64,000 nucleotides of DNA from the human T2T-CHM13v2.0 reference genome, Homo sapiens. Every line of letters starts with the position of its first letter. Positions within the stretch are counted from its first letter, which is position 1. Both the position numbers and the translations under genes were made by a program. The stretch lies in NCBI RefSeq assembly GCF_009914755.1, contig NC_060925.1. One strand, given 5' to 3'. The notes beneath the pieces are model-generated. The model saw only the letters and a list, made by a program, of their open reading frames with translations, was not told the origin of the DNA and did not search any database. Shown here piece by piece: positions 25,309 to 46,227 of this stretch.

Positions 25309-25813
25309 ATCTCAGATGTCAGGGAAAAGCCCAAGGTCAGAAACCCAGATTGTGCTCATGTCTGTCAGGCAGAAGCTCTAGCATGAGCTCATAGGTATCT
25401 AGAAAACTTTGCGCAAACTGGGACAGAGCAGGCTACTTTCCTTTAAGCCAAACATCGTAAGGAGGCTTTTTGCTAAGTTTATTGTTAGATTTATTCCATT
25501 TTGAGTTTATTTTTAAGTGGTATTGCATTTGAGGTTGGTGCTAAGTAGCTCTCAATAATTCTCTGATCTTGATGTTGGCTTGCCTCACCATATGAAGACT
25601 GAGTCTGAGAAGAGGGAGATCTCAGTTCATGGGTCAGAAAATTGACTATTTCCATCACATGTGAGACATTTAGGTTCTGAGGGAAGAGGTGAACTTTTTC
25701 CAGTTCTGGCAAAGTTTTATTTAGACCAATGAGCTCATGCTAGAGAGTCTTTCGTGACAAATATGAGTACCATCTGGATTCCTGACATTAGCCTTGTTCC
25801 TCATCTCTGAGAT
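25309..25813. repeat. Long imperfect inverted repeat (arms 25309-25421 and 25700-25813), family unassigned
   Basis: Reverse complement of the right arm aligns to the left arm at ~75% with one gap, including the exact 17-mer CTCTAGCATGAGCTCAT. Confidence 0.9.
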
Positions 25814-25879
25814 AACCATCAAAACAAGCAAGTGCTACCCAGAAGTGTTTGTGTGTGCGTATGTGTGCGTTGGGGAAGG

Positions 25880-26115
25880 GGGAGTAGGATTCCTGACACA
25901 TGTTCCATATGATTTCTCATAAGGTCCTCAAGAGAGCTCAGTCCCAGTTGCCCACACTGATAACCCACTTGTTAATATATCCCTTATCGGCTTTTTGCTT
26001 TTCCTTGTTTCATTTTTCCCACTTTCTCACCTGTGTTTCTTAGATCACCTCTCAAAATAAACTGCTTGTACCCAACTGCTTGTTTCAGTGTCTGCTTTTG
26101 GGTAACTCTAAGACA
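25880..26115 (+). mobile_element. ERVL LTR 3' part (LTR16-like)
   Basis: CCCAGTTGCCCACA, GATCACCTCTCAAAATAAACTGCTTGTACCCAA...GTCTGCTTTTGGGTAACTCTAAGACA. Confidence 0.75.
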
Positions 26116-26252
26116 GAACCATTTAAAAAAATCCTTGAAGGATGAAAATCTAACACAAAAATGTGTTGATACTATATGTACAATCCAGATTTTGGTAAGA
26201 TAAAAAATAATAAATAAGCCAAAAACCAAATAAATTCTACATGGTTGTCAAA

Positions 26253-26253
26253 A

Positions 26254-26299
<46 letters not shown>
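26253..26299. repeat. (CATA)n/(CA)n microsatellite
   Basis: Directly visible. Confidence 0.95.
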
Positions 26300-26301
<2 letters not shown>

Positions 26302-28132
26302 CCCCCACTCAGATTGGTCTAAACAAGTGGAAGATAACTTGAGTAAAAGCAAACAACTTGATGAGACACAAAGTCAGAAAATAGAAAATTTTCTTCATAT
26401 CATAAACAAAATGAAGGTGACAAATTAGAAGTTGTGGACCACAGTCAAGAATGACTGAGAAAAAAAATAAAATGCACTGGAGTCTGGGGAGATTTACTAC
26501 AACCAGTATTTAATGTGACCAGAATGAGCTAACTCAACTAGAGTTGTATAGTGACATACCATGTATAATGGTATGTATAATGACATAATGTATGTGCTTT
26601 GTAAACTGTAAGCTGAAATTCATACTCAAGGTATTATTTTCAATAGATTGCCTAAAGGAATGTCTGCAAATGAAGTGGATGGATGTGAAGGAAAAATACT
26701 GCATTAAGATTTTTATCTTAGTTTTTCTGAACTTTTTGACATTTGAGAAATCAATTAATTTCTCTCTGTATGTTTTTCCCTGCCCTAACCCATAAAATCA
26801 ATATGAACTCACATTTGAAAATGGATATGAAAAGCCGGAAAAATATAAAATTATGTGCAAATGTTAGAGTTTTTTATTTAAAAAGATGTGGGATATGATA
26901 GTTAATGTTTACTACTCTCAACTTCTTTTGGGCCTTAAGGATGTGGTGTATACCCCAAGTATTACCAAACCTAGAATTCTCTGAGTGACATTTGTCTTTC
27001 AAAAGGTACACACACCTTAGTTTATTCATTCACTTATAATTCTTGTACAATTAAATGTCTTTTTTGAAGATGCTGATGTCAGATTCCCTCTTCTTACAGT
27101 AAGCCCCAAACACAAGCATTTTTCCATCTCAAGATAGCTTAACAAACCAAGAGCTTGTACTCCTGAAAATCTGACAAAGTTCTGAGTTAGCCCAAGTGCT
27201 CTGAGGAAGGTGTACTCTTGATGGCATCTATTTCTCCTAGATTTTTCTAGGGGATCTTTGATTGTCGATTCCTATAATATGCCCAGAATTGTGAAATGTA
27301 TAATGGACTATGCAACAGAATTATGAAGGAGTTTCTTCCTTCAAGGAGCTTATAGTCTAGCCGGGAAAATAGGGAGCAGAAGTACATCTATGCAATTCAT
27401 AGAAAAAAACACAAGTCGGTAGTAATTTATGCACCTATTGAGACTCTTTTATAGGCATACTATAGGTGTTTTGGAGGAAAAATAATCCAACATGACTTTG
27501 AATACTACATAATAGTAATTCTGTCAATTCTGGGGGCCAGAACTGTTCGTACTATACAGTGGTATCCTTTCAAATTATTTTACCAATCATTTGGTAGAGT
27601 GAGAGGTGAATGTCACAAATAATTCCCCTTCTTCATTCTTCTTTTTCCTCCACACCCCAGTGAAGAAAAACCCCTTCTATCTCTAAAACTCTCATGAAAA
27701 ACCAGCAAAACAGTCCAGTGATACTGCTAAGATTAGTAACCCAACCCCTGCTTGACTGGTACACTTCTAAACCACATATGTCAAGGTCAATTTTGCATAT
27801 AGGTCAGTGTGTGGTTTCCTGCACTGTGTCCATTCCGGGAAGAGAAAGCAGGACTGTTTTCTCATGAAGAAACGTGCTCACTGAAGAAAACACTAGGTAG
27901 AGATGATGGGATGAGAAAACACAGGAAAACCTGAAGGTCATCTTATTCATACAAAAATCCTCCCATTTGGTCACTGTCCCTTCCAGGCCATGGCTCTTGT
28001 TCTGAGTGAGCTCTTCCTTTTATAGATGAACAGGCTCCAGGCCAGAGTAAGGATGGTGTGACAAAGTGAGGTAAGTGAGGAGACAGCGGTCATCCTGTGT
28101 GGGTTGAATGCCCATTTCTTAGTGGTTCTTTA

Positions 28133-35526
<7,394 letters not shown>

Positions 35527-35527
35527 C

Positions 35528-35665
35528 TATTTAATTTTTCCAAGAATCATTTTCTCCATGTGTAAGTTGGAATAATAGTAATATTTACCTCATAGTTGAT
35601 CTTGAGGAATAAATTAGATTATATACACAAAATTCTTGATGCAGTGTCTGGCACATAGAAAATGA
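35528..35665 (+). mobile_element. MIR right half
   Basis: ATAATAGTAATATTTACCTCATAG...GAGGAATAAATTAGAT...CAGTGTCTGGCACATAG. Confidence 0.8.
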
Positions 35666-35991
35666 AACTTCTTTAATATATGCACACATACATACACATA
35701 CCACACTTCATTGTCTCATCTTACATGGTTGACTCTTTCCTCCTTAATTAAAAAGAAAAGCTGAAAAAACCCTCATCTTTCCTAGGGAACAGAATGGTGA
35801 CCCTCAACTGATTATTTATGCACTTGGGAAAATATTTTCTTCTCAACTCTCCCTTACCTTTTACCTTTCTATCCCCCACATCAGGAGCAGGAGAAGATCA
35901 GAGAAATCTGCTACAAAACCAAGGAGGTGAGGGAGAAGAGGACCAAATACTGACCTAGCACATGCTCACTCTTCTCACAGGTGACTGTGGT

Positions 35992-36169
35992 TATGACTGG
36001 CTAAATAATTTGTGAGATTCAATGAAAAATGAAAGTGCAGGGCACCCACTTAAAAAGTAATTGAGAATTTCAAGACAGAGATGGCAGAGCATTAAACCAA
36101 GCATGGTTTCGTTCTAAGCACGTGGACCTCTGTGACTGCACAGGCTATATGTTCATAACACTGGCCCTC
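35992..36169. mobile_element. MER45A (hAT-Tip100 MITE)
   Basis: ATAATTTGTG...AAAATGAAAGTGCAGGG...AGAATTTCAAGAC...GCAGAGCATTAAACCAAGC...GACTGCACAGG...TGGCCCT. Confidence 0.85.
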
Positions 36170-39100
36170 CTGTCAGCCCTGGGGCAATGGAAGAAGGTGA
36201 CAAGCTAAAGCTTCTGTTGTTAGTATGAAGCCAACTTGTCTGTTTTTTCCACCTCAGAGCCTAGTTAAGGCATGTGGGTTTATTACTTGGCTATTAGCAG
36301 CTCTCTGCCCCTGGAGCCTAGAACCTGGAAATATGAGGGGTCAGAGAGAGCCCCACTCTCACTTCTGAGAGGAATTAAAGAGAAATTGGGTTAAAACTAT
36401 TCTAACCCAATCAATTTAATCAGTTTTTAGGAAACTCTCTTAGCTGTAGCAGGCAAGATCACTCACAGAGACAAAAATTACAGTAATGCTAGGCATTCGA
36501 GTCTCTCTTGCTCTCTCTGTGAGTGTATGAGTGTGTTTGTGTGTGTGTATGTGTGGTATAATGATGTAAATTTTTCACTTTCGTGGTCTATGTGTCAGTT
36601 ACTTTCTTATGCTTAACTAAGTTTGTTAGATGCTATTCATGATACTCATGGGTGTTTGGAGGAAGATAAAATATGTACAAGGAATAAGGAAGCTTCAGAA
36701 GCTAACAATGCATATTAAAGACTTACTTGCTACTTTTATCCATTATATATGCTGCAAGGAAATTTGGCAATTAACTATAATTCTAACACATGGCCCAAAC
36801 TGCCTATATATTCTTGTTTTACTGTCAGATTTGGGAGAGTGAGCCTGGGGACGCATCAGCAGAGATTTCTGGAGGAAATGTGGGGATAAATGGAGGAGGG
36901 AAGGAGGTTCAGAGGAAAGCTGCTAGATTCAAAGGTGGGTAGGGTGAGATGTAGAAGAGAGGTTTGGGGAGAAGATGAAAATGTAATGGGAGGCAGAGGA
37001 CAGAGGAAAGAGGAAGAGAGAGCCCAGGAAGAAGAAAGTCTAGGCTGGAAGGCCCAGAAGTTAACCCATAGTAAGTTAACTTCTCAGGGAAGGAGGGCCA
37101 TCCAGGTGCTTCTTAGATCTTTAGCAAGCCATTTTTCTGCATAGGTAGATAGGAAGCACTGAGGGGCCAGAGAGAGAACACTTCTCATTGCAGATCCCCT
37201 GGCTTGATCACTTCTTAACTCCAAAGCCTTGGGTGGGTCACCTCTCCTCTCTGTGATTCAGAGTACTCATATGCAAAGCAAGGAAGGCAAAGCAGAGGGC
37301 CTTCAAAATCCCAGGGTGAACCAGGCTGATATTTCTAGGAGAATCTGAATAAGTGAGATGGAGGAGAAAAGAGAGAGAGTGGAAGGAAGGCTCAGCCTGA
37401 ATGTGGAAGGATGGAAAGGAGGAAGGTCATAGAATACAGAAGGACTGGTAGGGGGGCAGTTAAGTGTGGTCATTTTTTCCTATTATACTTCTCCTAATTT
37501 GTTTTTCAATAATAGATTTAGTAAGATATTAATATACCATAAAAATCTATCTTTTAAAGGTGTACAATTTGGTGGTTTTTAGTATTTTCACAGAGTTGCA
37601 GAGTTGTACAACCATCACAACTCTCTAATTCCAGAACACTTTCATCACCCAGAAAGGAAACCTTGTATCCATTAGGAATCACTCCCCATTCTCCCTGACC
37701 CTAGTCCCTGGAAATAACACATCTGTTCTCTGTCCCTATGGATTTGCCTATTCTGGACATTTCCTATAAATGGAATTATACACTATGTGTGTGTTTTTGT
37801 GAAAGGACTCTTAGCATTATGTTTTCAAGGTTCATCCATGTTGTAGCATGTCTTAGTACTTCATTCCTTTTTAGTTGTTGAATAATATTCATATATATAT
37901 ATAAAACATTTTTTGCATTCATCAGGTAATGGACATTTGGTTGTTTCTACTTTGGGGCTGTAATAAATAATGAGGCCATAAATATTCATTTTTATACAAA
38001 GGTTTGTGTAACATATGTTTATATTTCTCATGGCAATACACCTAGGAGTGGAGTTGCTGGGTCATATGATAACTCTATGTTTAATATTTTGAGGAAATGC
38101 TAAACAATTTTCCAAAATGGATGAACCATTTTATAATCCCACCAGCAATGTATAAGAGTTCCAATTTCTCTAATCTTTACCAACACTTGCTGGCTTTTGT
38201 CTTTTTGGCTTTAGTTATCCTAGTGGGAATAAAATGGCATTCATTGTGGTTTTGATTTGCAATTTCTTATTGACTAATGTTGAGCATTCCTTCATGTGCT
38301 TATTGGCCATTTTTATATGTTTCTTGGAGAAATATGTATTTATATAACTTTGATTGGGTTACTTGTCTTTTTATTATTGAGTTGTAAAAGTTCTTTATAT
38401 ATTCAAGGTACAAGTTCCTTATGAGATAACAACTTGCAAATATTTTATCTTACTTTTTGTTGTCTTTTCATGTCTTGATTGTTTTCCTGAAGCACATATG
38501 CTTTAAATTTCAATAAAGCCCAATTTATCTGTTTTTGTCTTTTTTGCTCATGCTTTTGGAGTCACATCTAGAAATCTATTGCCTAGATTTAAGGCCATGA
38601 GGGTTCAATCCTTTGTTTTCTCCTAATAATGTTAGGGTATTAACCATTATATTTAGGTCTATTATACTTTTTGAATTAACTTTGTGAGGGAAGCGTCCAA
38701 TGTAATTCTGTTACATGTGGTTAGCTAGTTGTCCGGGCACCATTTGTTGAAACAAACTATTCTGTCCTCATTTAGTTTGCTTTGAATTGTCGTGATACAC
38801 TTGTCAAAAATCAGTTAACTGTAAATGTAAAGGTTTATTTCTAGACTCTCATTTCTATTCCATTGATCTATATGCTTATCCTGATGCCTGTATCACACTG
38901 TCTTAATTACTGTAGCTTTGCAGTAAGATTTTGAAATAGTAAAGTAAGTCCCCCAATTTTGTTCTTTTTGATGATTGTTTTAGCTATTCTACTACTTTTT
39001 CATTTCCATGAGTTTTTTTTTTTTAAGTCAGTTTGTCAATTTCTGGGAAAAAAGCTGTTTTTATTAGGCGTTATATTGAATCCATAAATTAATTTGAGGA

Positions 39101-39187
39101 GTATCCCCATTTTAACAATATCAAGTTTTCTGATCCATGAATGTGGGATATCTTTCCATTAATTTATATATTTTAATATGTCCTTTG

Positions 39188-39518
<331 letters not shown>

Positions 39519-40867
39519 TCAACAGTGTTTTGTCATTTCAATGTATGTCTTGTACTCCTTTTGCTAATATTTTATGGTTTTTGATGCTATTTAAGTAAAA
39601 TTTGTTTTCTTAATTTTTTAGGTTGTTTATTGCTAGTGTATAAAATGCAATTAATTTTTGTATATTTGCATTGTATCCTGAAAATTTGATGAACTCCTTT
39701 TTAAATTCTAATAGTCATTTCGGAATTTCTCAGAATTTTCTATATTTAAGATTGTTTGCAAATAGAGATAGCTTTATTTCTTCCTTTCCAACTTGAGTTC
39801 CTGTCTTTGATTTTTCTTTCCTAATTTCCTTGACAGAATTTCTAGTGCACTGTAGGATAGAAGTGGTGAAAACAGATATCTTTGTTTTATTCCTGATCTT
39901 AAGGGTAAAGCATTCAGCTTCACCATTAATTATGATCTTATCTGTGGGTTTTTCATAGACGTCTTTATTAGGTCAATAAAGTTCCCTTCCATTCATAGTT
40001 TCTTGAATGTTTCAAATGCTTTTTACTGTATCAGTTGAAATAATCATCTGGTTTCTGTCTTTCATTCTACTAATATGATGTATTACATTGAATGATTATT
40101 GTGTGTTAAGCCGACCTTGCATTTCTGGGCTAAATCCCACTTTGTCATGGTGTGTAATCCTTTATATATGTTTCTAGAAATAGGTTACTAGTATTATGTT
40201 AAATATTATTGATTCTTTATTACTAAGAGTTATTGGTCTGTAGTTTTCCTTTGTCGTGATGTCTTATTTCTGGCTTTGATCTTAGGGTAACACTGGCCTC
40301 ATAAAATAAATTGAAGTGTTCCCTTCTTTTCTATGTTTTGGAAGAGTTTGCAAACAGCTGGTATTAATTCTTCCTTAAACATTTATAGATTTCACCAGTG
40401 AGGCCATTGAGCTTTTTTTTTTTTTTTTTTAGGAGGGAGACTAATTTAATCCCTTTATTTGTTGTAATCCATTCAGATATTCCAATCCTTCTTGAGTCAG
40501 CTTCCGTAGCTTGTATCTTTCCAATAATTTTTCCATTTCATTTATCTAATTTGTAGGCATATGATTGCTCCCAATATTTCCTTATTATCTTTTTTTCAAT
40601 AAAATTGGTAATGGTGTCCTCTTTCATTCATGATTTTAGTAACTGAGCCTTGTCTGGTTTCCCCTGGTCAGCCCAACTGAATATTATCAATTTGTTAATC
40701 CTTTTATAGAATCTAATTTTGTTTTTGTGGAGCTTTTCTATTGTTTTGCTATTTTATTTCCACTCTAATCTTTAGTATTCTTTTCCTTCTGTGTTTTTGC
40801 ATTTAGTTTGCTATTCTTTTTCTAGTTTCTTAAGGTGGAACACTAGATTTATTAATGTTATCCTACT

Positions 40868-41018
40868 TCTTTTTTTAGAGAGACAGGGTCTCACTTATTG
40901 CACAGACTGGAGTGAAGTGGCACAATCAGAGCAGCCTCAAACTCCTGGGTATAAGTAATATTCCTGCCTCAGCCTCCCAAAGTGCTGGGATTACAGGCGC
41001 ATGCCACCAAATCTGACC
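40868..41018 (-). mobile_element. Alu monomer (FRAM/FAM-like or internally deleted AluJ)
   Basis: GAGACAGGGTCTCAC...GCAGCCTCAAACTCCTGGG...CCTCCCAAAGTGCTGGGATTACAGGC; single arm only. Confidence 0.8.
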
Positions 41019-41249
41019 TTCTTCTATTTTAATACTGGGATTTACAGCTATAGTTTTCCTTTTGAGCACTGCTTCAGCTTCACCCCATAAATTTTTGTAT
41101 GTTGTCTTTCATCTTTATTCCACCTTAATATAGCCTCTAATTATTTTTAACTATTTATTATTTAGAAAAACATTGTTTAATTTCCACATATTTTCATATT
41201 ATCAGATTTCCTTCTGTCATTGATTTCTAATTTCATTCTATGTGGTCAG

Positions 41250-41780
41250 TGTGATATGGTCATATCATAAGGAATATATATTTGATCATTGTCCCTGGTT
41301 TCTGGCACATAACTCTTAAAATTCTTGGAATTTTTAGGATTGAGAGGAGTGTCTTTTGTTATTCAAAATAACCACCTTTCAACCATATCTAAATTTATGC
41401 TAATTAGGTGACTTTTGAAATATGGGAGCTGGTTTTCTGGGGAACCAGTCATGCAGTTAGAGGGTTGGAACTCTCAGCTTCATCCTCAAACCTCTGAGGA
41501 AAGGGAGAAGGGGTGGAGATTGACTTAATGAGAAATGGCCCATGATTTAATTAATCATGTGTACATAATAAAGCCTCCATGAAAAAACAAGAGAACATAG
41601 TTTAGCCAGCTTCTGAGTTGGTGGTGGGAGAGTGTCATGCCTGGAGAGGGCATGTGCCTATTCCCAAATACCTTGTTATATATATCTCTTCCACCTTGGT
41701 GTTCCTAAACTATATTCTTTTATAATATAGTGGTAACTTAGTAAGTAAATCATTTTCCTAGCTCTGTGAGCCATTCTGGC
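41250..41780 (+). mobile_element. MER21 LTR, 5' part
   Basis: TGTGATAT start, GTCCCTGGTTTCTGGCACA, TTAGAGGGTTGGAACT, AATAAAGCCTCCAT, CTCTGTGAGCCATTCT; TSD GTCAG (41245-41249) vs GTCAC (59236-59240). Confidence 0.85.
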
Positions 41781-42278
41781 TGCCAACCTAGATAACTAAG
41801 AGAGGCTCTTTAAAACAAAAAGATATTTGGGAATAGGGCATTACAGTGAGATTTTGCATGTCATAGTAAACTATGTGTGTATTCAGGAAGGTAAAAGAAG
41901 ACAAAAGTTTTCGAAGGAAAAATGAGGAGGGTTATGTAACTGTTTTCAAATGATTATCCTTAGCTACAAGGATCAATATTACAGAAAAAATACTTCTGCA
42001 AGGACATCTGCCTAGCAACTGCGTGTCCAACCTTGAATCGGCATTACCATGATTGGACAGGCAGTTGCTGGGCAAGTGTCTTTGCTAAAGTATTTTTTGC
42101 ACAAGGTTGTAATGGCCTTTGTGCAAAGTTGTGTTTTTTTTTTCATAGTTGTTCGTGATAGTTTTGTTATCAGGCATACAAGTGTGGGAATCTTCTCTTC
42201 ATGGCCTCCCAGCTTTATTTGTCAGGCCCTTTTTTTTAAAATGCAAGTGACTCAATTTTGATTCTGATAACTTTCACA
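41781..42278 (-). mobile_element. 3' LTR of the MER65-like provirus
   Basis: Colinear with 58519-58946; ends ATTTTGATTCTGATAACTTTCACA; family name recalled, not verified. Confidence 0.8.
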
Positions 42279-45200
42279 TTTCCTCCATTTTTAAAATATC
42301 TTTTTTCAAAAGTATCCCTGATTAATTATCCTGTCGTTAGGTTTTGCTGTCCCTTGGTGTTGGGATGGATCTGACCCAGGTTGCTGGTCTCATCCCACAT
42401 TGGGGAAGTGATTGATGACTAGGAGTCAGTGTTAAAACCCTTTAGCCACATTTGAGCCACAAGAGGGGTTTTAAGGGTGTGGCTCTCAGGCAAAGTATAC
42501 CTGGAGTTCATTATTAAGTTCAATTTTGTCTGTGTCATAGTCTTTTGCTATCACCTCAAAGTGCTGGACCAGCATTATGCTGTAAGGTGTTGTATCCCTG
42601 CAAAAAATTTCAATAACTAAGATATACAAGGTTTTAAAAGGGAAAATACAAAGTGAAATTAATAGTAATGTGACGATCCCAGTTTGCATAATGATTTTGG
42701 GACATTAACCTAGGCCTAAAGGCAACCAGTTGAATAAATCAAATGACCATAGGGAATTAGGTGAGACCTGTTGTTACCATGTGGTTGATTTTCTTATTTT
42801 ATGAATATGGGTCTTAACTTTCCCAGAGGAATTTATCCAGGTACAGTATATAGTATTAGTAATAGCACAGACATTTCCTTAGTTAACCAATAGATACTAA
42901 AAGATCTCTTAAGTCAGATTCTATCAAGTTACTAGTAGAAACTACTGATTGTAAAATTTTAATTACACCATTATCCTGCCAAGTGAAAAAGGGTAGACAT
43001 TAAGAGGTGTAAGAGAGCTTCATTAGGATATGGAGTCTTGTTCTGACATTTTGGGAAAAGCCAGTACAGTGTGTTGTTGTCAACTTCTAATTCTGATTTG
43101 TAGTTTGAATGTTCCTTGTTATGGATTGGGTGGTTTGGTGAACTTTTTGTGTGGTCCATACATTGGGAACAAGGCTTGTTCCTTAAAATTCATCTAGTTT
43201 TAGCTACAGGGCTTTAGGAACAAAGTAGTTTTCATTTTTAATAATCCCATGGAAGAAAGCTGAATAAATCCAAATTGGAGAAATCTAGAAAAATTTAGGA
43301 TCTAGTCTACTCTATAGGTAGATAAGAAAAACTTGAAAGCAATGCACACGACTACAATCTAATAACAGGTGCATTATTGTCTTTTTTGACAAATGTAACT
43401 TTTTCTCTCTATATTGATCACACAGGAATCTTATTTAAAAACCTCTGGAGGCCAGGAAGCCAAACCAAGGCAGACTTTAGATTTTACTTACAGTCTTAAG
43501 GGTCATGAACATGCCAAAAATGGACAATACTTACTCACTCACCATAAATATTGGCCTGAAAACTCTTGAAATTAGGCATTCTATCCACATTTTTAAATAT
43601 GATGTTTCAGTCAAAGCCTTGGTAATATAACCAATGTTTCCAGTTGTATCCTGCTATAAAGAGAGAAAAAAATTTTGCTGAACTTATTCAAATAACCATA
43701 TTGTCATAAAAATAAGAATACTCACAAACAGTTTCTGAATTTTGGAAAAATCAAGTAGAAAGAAAAAGCAAATGCTTCCACCTTTGTTTTTAAAAGTATA
43801 CTTTACTAAATTATTGTAAACTATATATAGCCTGAGAAAATTTTCTTAAATCTGGAAAACAAAACATTTAAGTAAAGAATCAATAATATTTTAAATAAAA
43901 GTCATAAAAACATTGTTTTCATCAGTTACTTAATCTCATATAATTTTTGTTCTGCTTATTCTTGAACATCAGTTTCATGAAACCATTAGTTTCTTCATTA
44001 GAGTTCTAAATTTTTTAATTTAGTCAATTGAATTTAAAGTTATTAGAAATCTCTGTTCAAGAGTACTCATTAGAGTCTTTTCCATGAATTTGATTACAAA
44101 TGATTTTAGAAAAGAATTCATTGTGGATGACAAAATCTTACAATAGTTATTGTTAAAAATCTGATGAAAGTTCACAATTGATAAGGGAATTTATTTATAT
44201 TATATACAACATTTTAAGATAACAACCAGACGCATGACTGACAGCATTATATCAGGACCACCAGACTGCCATCAATCTTGTATAATTCTTAGAATACTCA
44301 TATTAATAACACACACACATATATACATATATACACACACGAATATAATTTAAAGATTTAACATAACACCAAAATTATGACTAAGAACATATTAGATTTC
44401 AATGAATTTATATAACTTTTAAAACACTCATATTAATAACATACACATAAACGTAACTGAAAGACGATCTAGCATCACTTCTCATTTGAAAACATTTCTT
44501 ATACAATTTACTAAATAAGCCTAATCATTTAATATCTCTACAAGATAAGATATATATATATATTTAGGCTTTCTGGGGCCTAACTGGAAAATCAAAAGGT
44601 GATTCTAGATTAAAAAAATTAATTTAGAATTTTGATCCTGGGGAAGCACATTAAAGATATCAAGAAGTTTGAAATGCCTGATCAAAATAGGTTCACAGGC
44701 CACTGTAAAATAATAGTCAAAAATTTAACCAGAGTGCTAGAAGATTTTGAAAATAATACCAAAAGTTACATGGGTGAAAAAACTCTAATTCTTTCAAAGC
44801 TCAGTTTTCCCAAGTAATCAAAAACTTAATAACGACAACACAATAAATTATCTTGATGAAACATGAATTCTTTTTTTTAGGCCAATTACTAAAAAGGTCA
44901 AGAAAAGCTTCTGGTAGTATGATTGCTTATCTTTACAGGAAGCCCATTTACATAACCTGGAAGTTGAACCTGATGAAAAGTGTACTTAAATTTAATCAGA
45001 CACAAGAAGAGTGTATTCAGTATCAATGCACATCATATTATAGAGTAACAAACAAAACCCAGCATGTTGAGTAGGCGATACATGGCTCTTAATAATAGCA
45101 TGAGAAGTTTTCTGATTATGAGAGGTGAAGCTGGCTGGGCTTCTGGGTCGGGTGGGAGCCGAGGGTCGACAGAGAGGAAAGCCATTCAGCTCCGGGATTC

Positions 45201-45769
45201 CAACAACAAGTTGGTTGACTCTGCAGCCATGAGCAGAACCCTCAAAGTCATGTTGCCCAAGTAAGACTCGCCCATCTATCTTATCTATCCTGACCCTTGC
45301 CTCCTGGGTCCTAATGCCTGTCAGACAAACTTACTCTCACCTCTCTTCTCGGAGGCTAGTCCCACTTCTGAAAACCACTCCCTGTCTCTGGTGCTTTTCT
45401 AGTTTCTCCTATAAGAATGATTTCTAGTATAAACTCCAGGACTCTATTCCCTTCTTTAGGCACCCGGGCTCACCAATCAGAAAGACATAATTTTTGCCCA
45501 AAGCCTCATGGTGGGGGGTACTATCTTATGTAGAATTTTAGGATCCCTCCTCAGACTAGCAGGCATAACAAAAGCTATTCCTGAAGCTAGAATATGAGGA
45601 TCCTCAGAAATTATATCCTTCCTATTCGTATAAGTGAAGACAAAAGGCATCACTCTTCCAACCCTGGAAATCCCTTCCCTCCCTCAGGGTATGGCCCTCC
45701 ACTTCATTTTTGGGGCATAACATCTTTATAGCACAAGGGTAAAGTCCCAATACTAACAGGAGAATGCTT

Positions 45770-46180
45770 AGGACTTTAACAGGTTTTCCAGAATGCATCA
45801 ATAAGGGCCACTAAATCCGATTTTTCTTGGTCCTCTTTGTGGTCTAGGAGGACAGGCAAGGGTGCAGGTTTTTGAGAATGCATTGGTAAGGGCGACTAAA
45901 TCTGACATTCCTTGGTCCTCCCTGTGGTCTAGGAGGAAAACTAGTGTTTCTGCTGCTGCATCAGTGAGCGCAACTCTTCTGATCAGCGGGGTCTAGGGAC
46001 TGTTGTGGGTTCTTGGGCAAGAGGTGTTTCTGCTGCTGTGTCGGTGAGCTCAACTATTCCAATCAGCAGAGTCCAGGGACCATTGTGGGTTCTTGGGCAA
46101 GAGGTGTTTCTGTTGCTGCGTCGGTTAGCGCAACTATTCTGATCAGCAGGGTCCAGGGACCGTTGTGGGTTCTGGGGCAC
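45770..46180 (+). repeat. Tandem repeats in the HERV9 leader
   Basis: Two copies of AGAATGCAT...CTAAATC...GTGGTCTAGGAGGA and three ~78-bp copies of GTGTTTCTG.TGCTG...GTGGGTTCT. Confidence 0.8.
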
Positions 46181-46227
46181 CGGGAGAAACAAACAAACCC
46201 AAACCGCAGGCGGTTTTTTTCTTTCAG

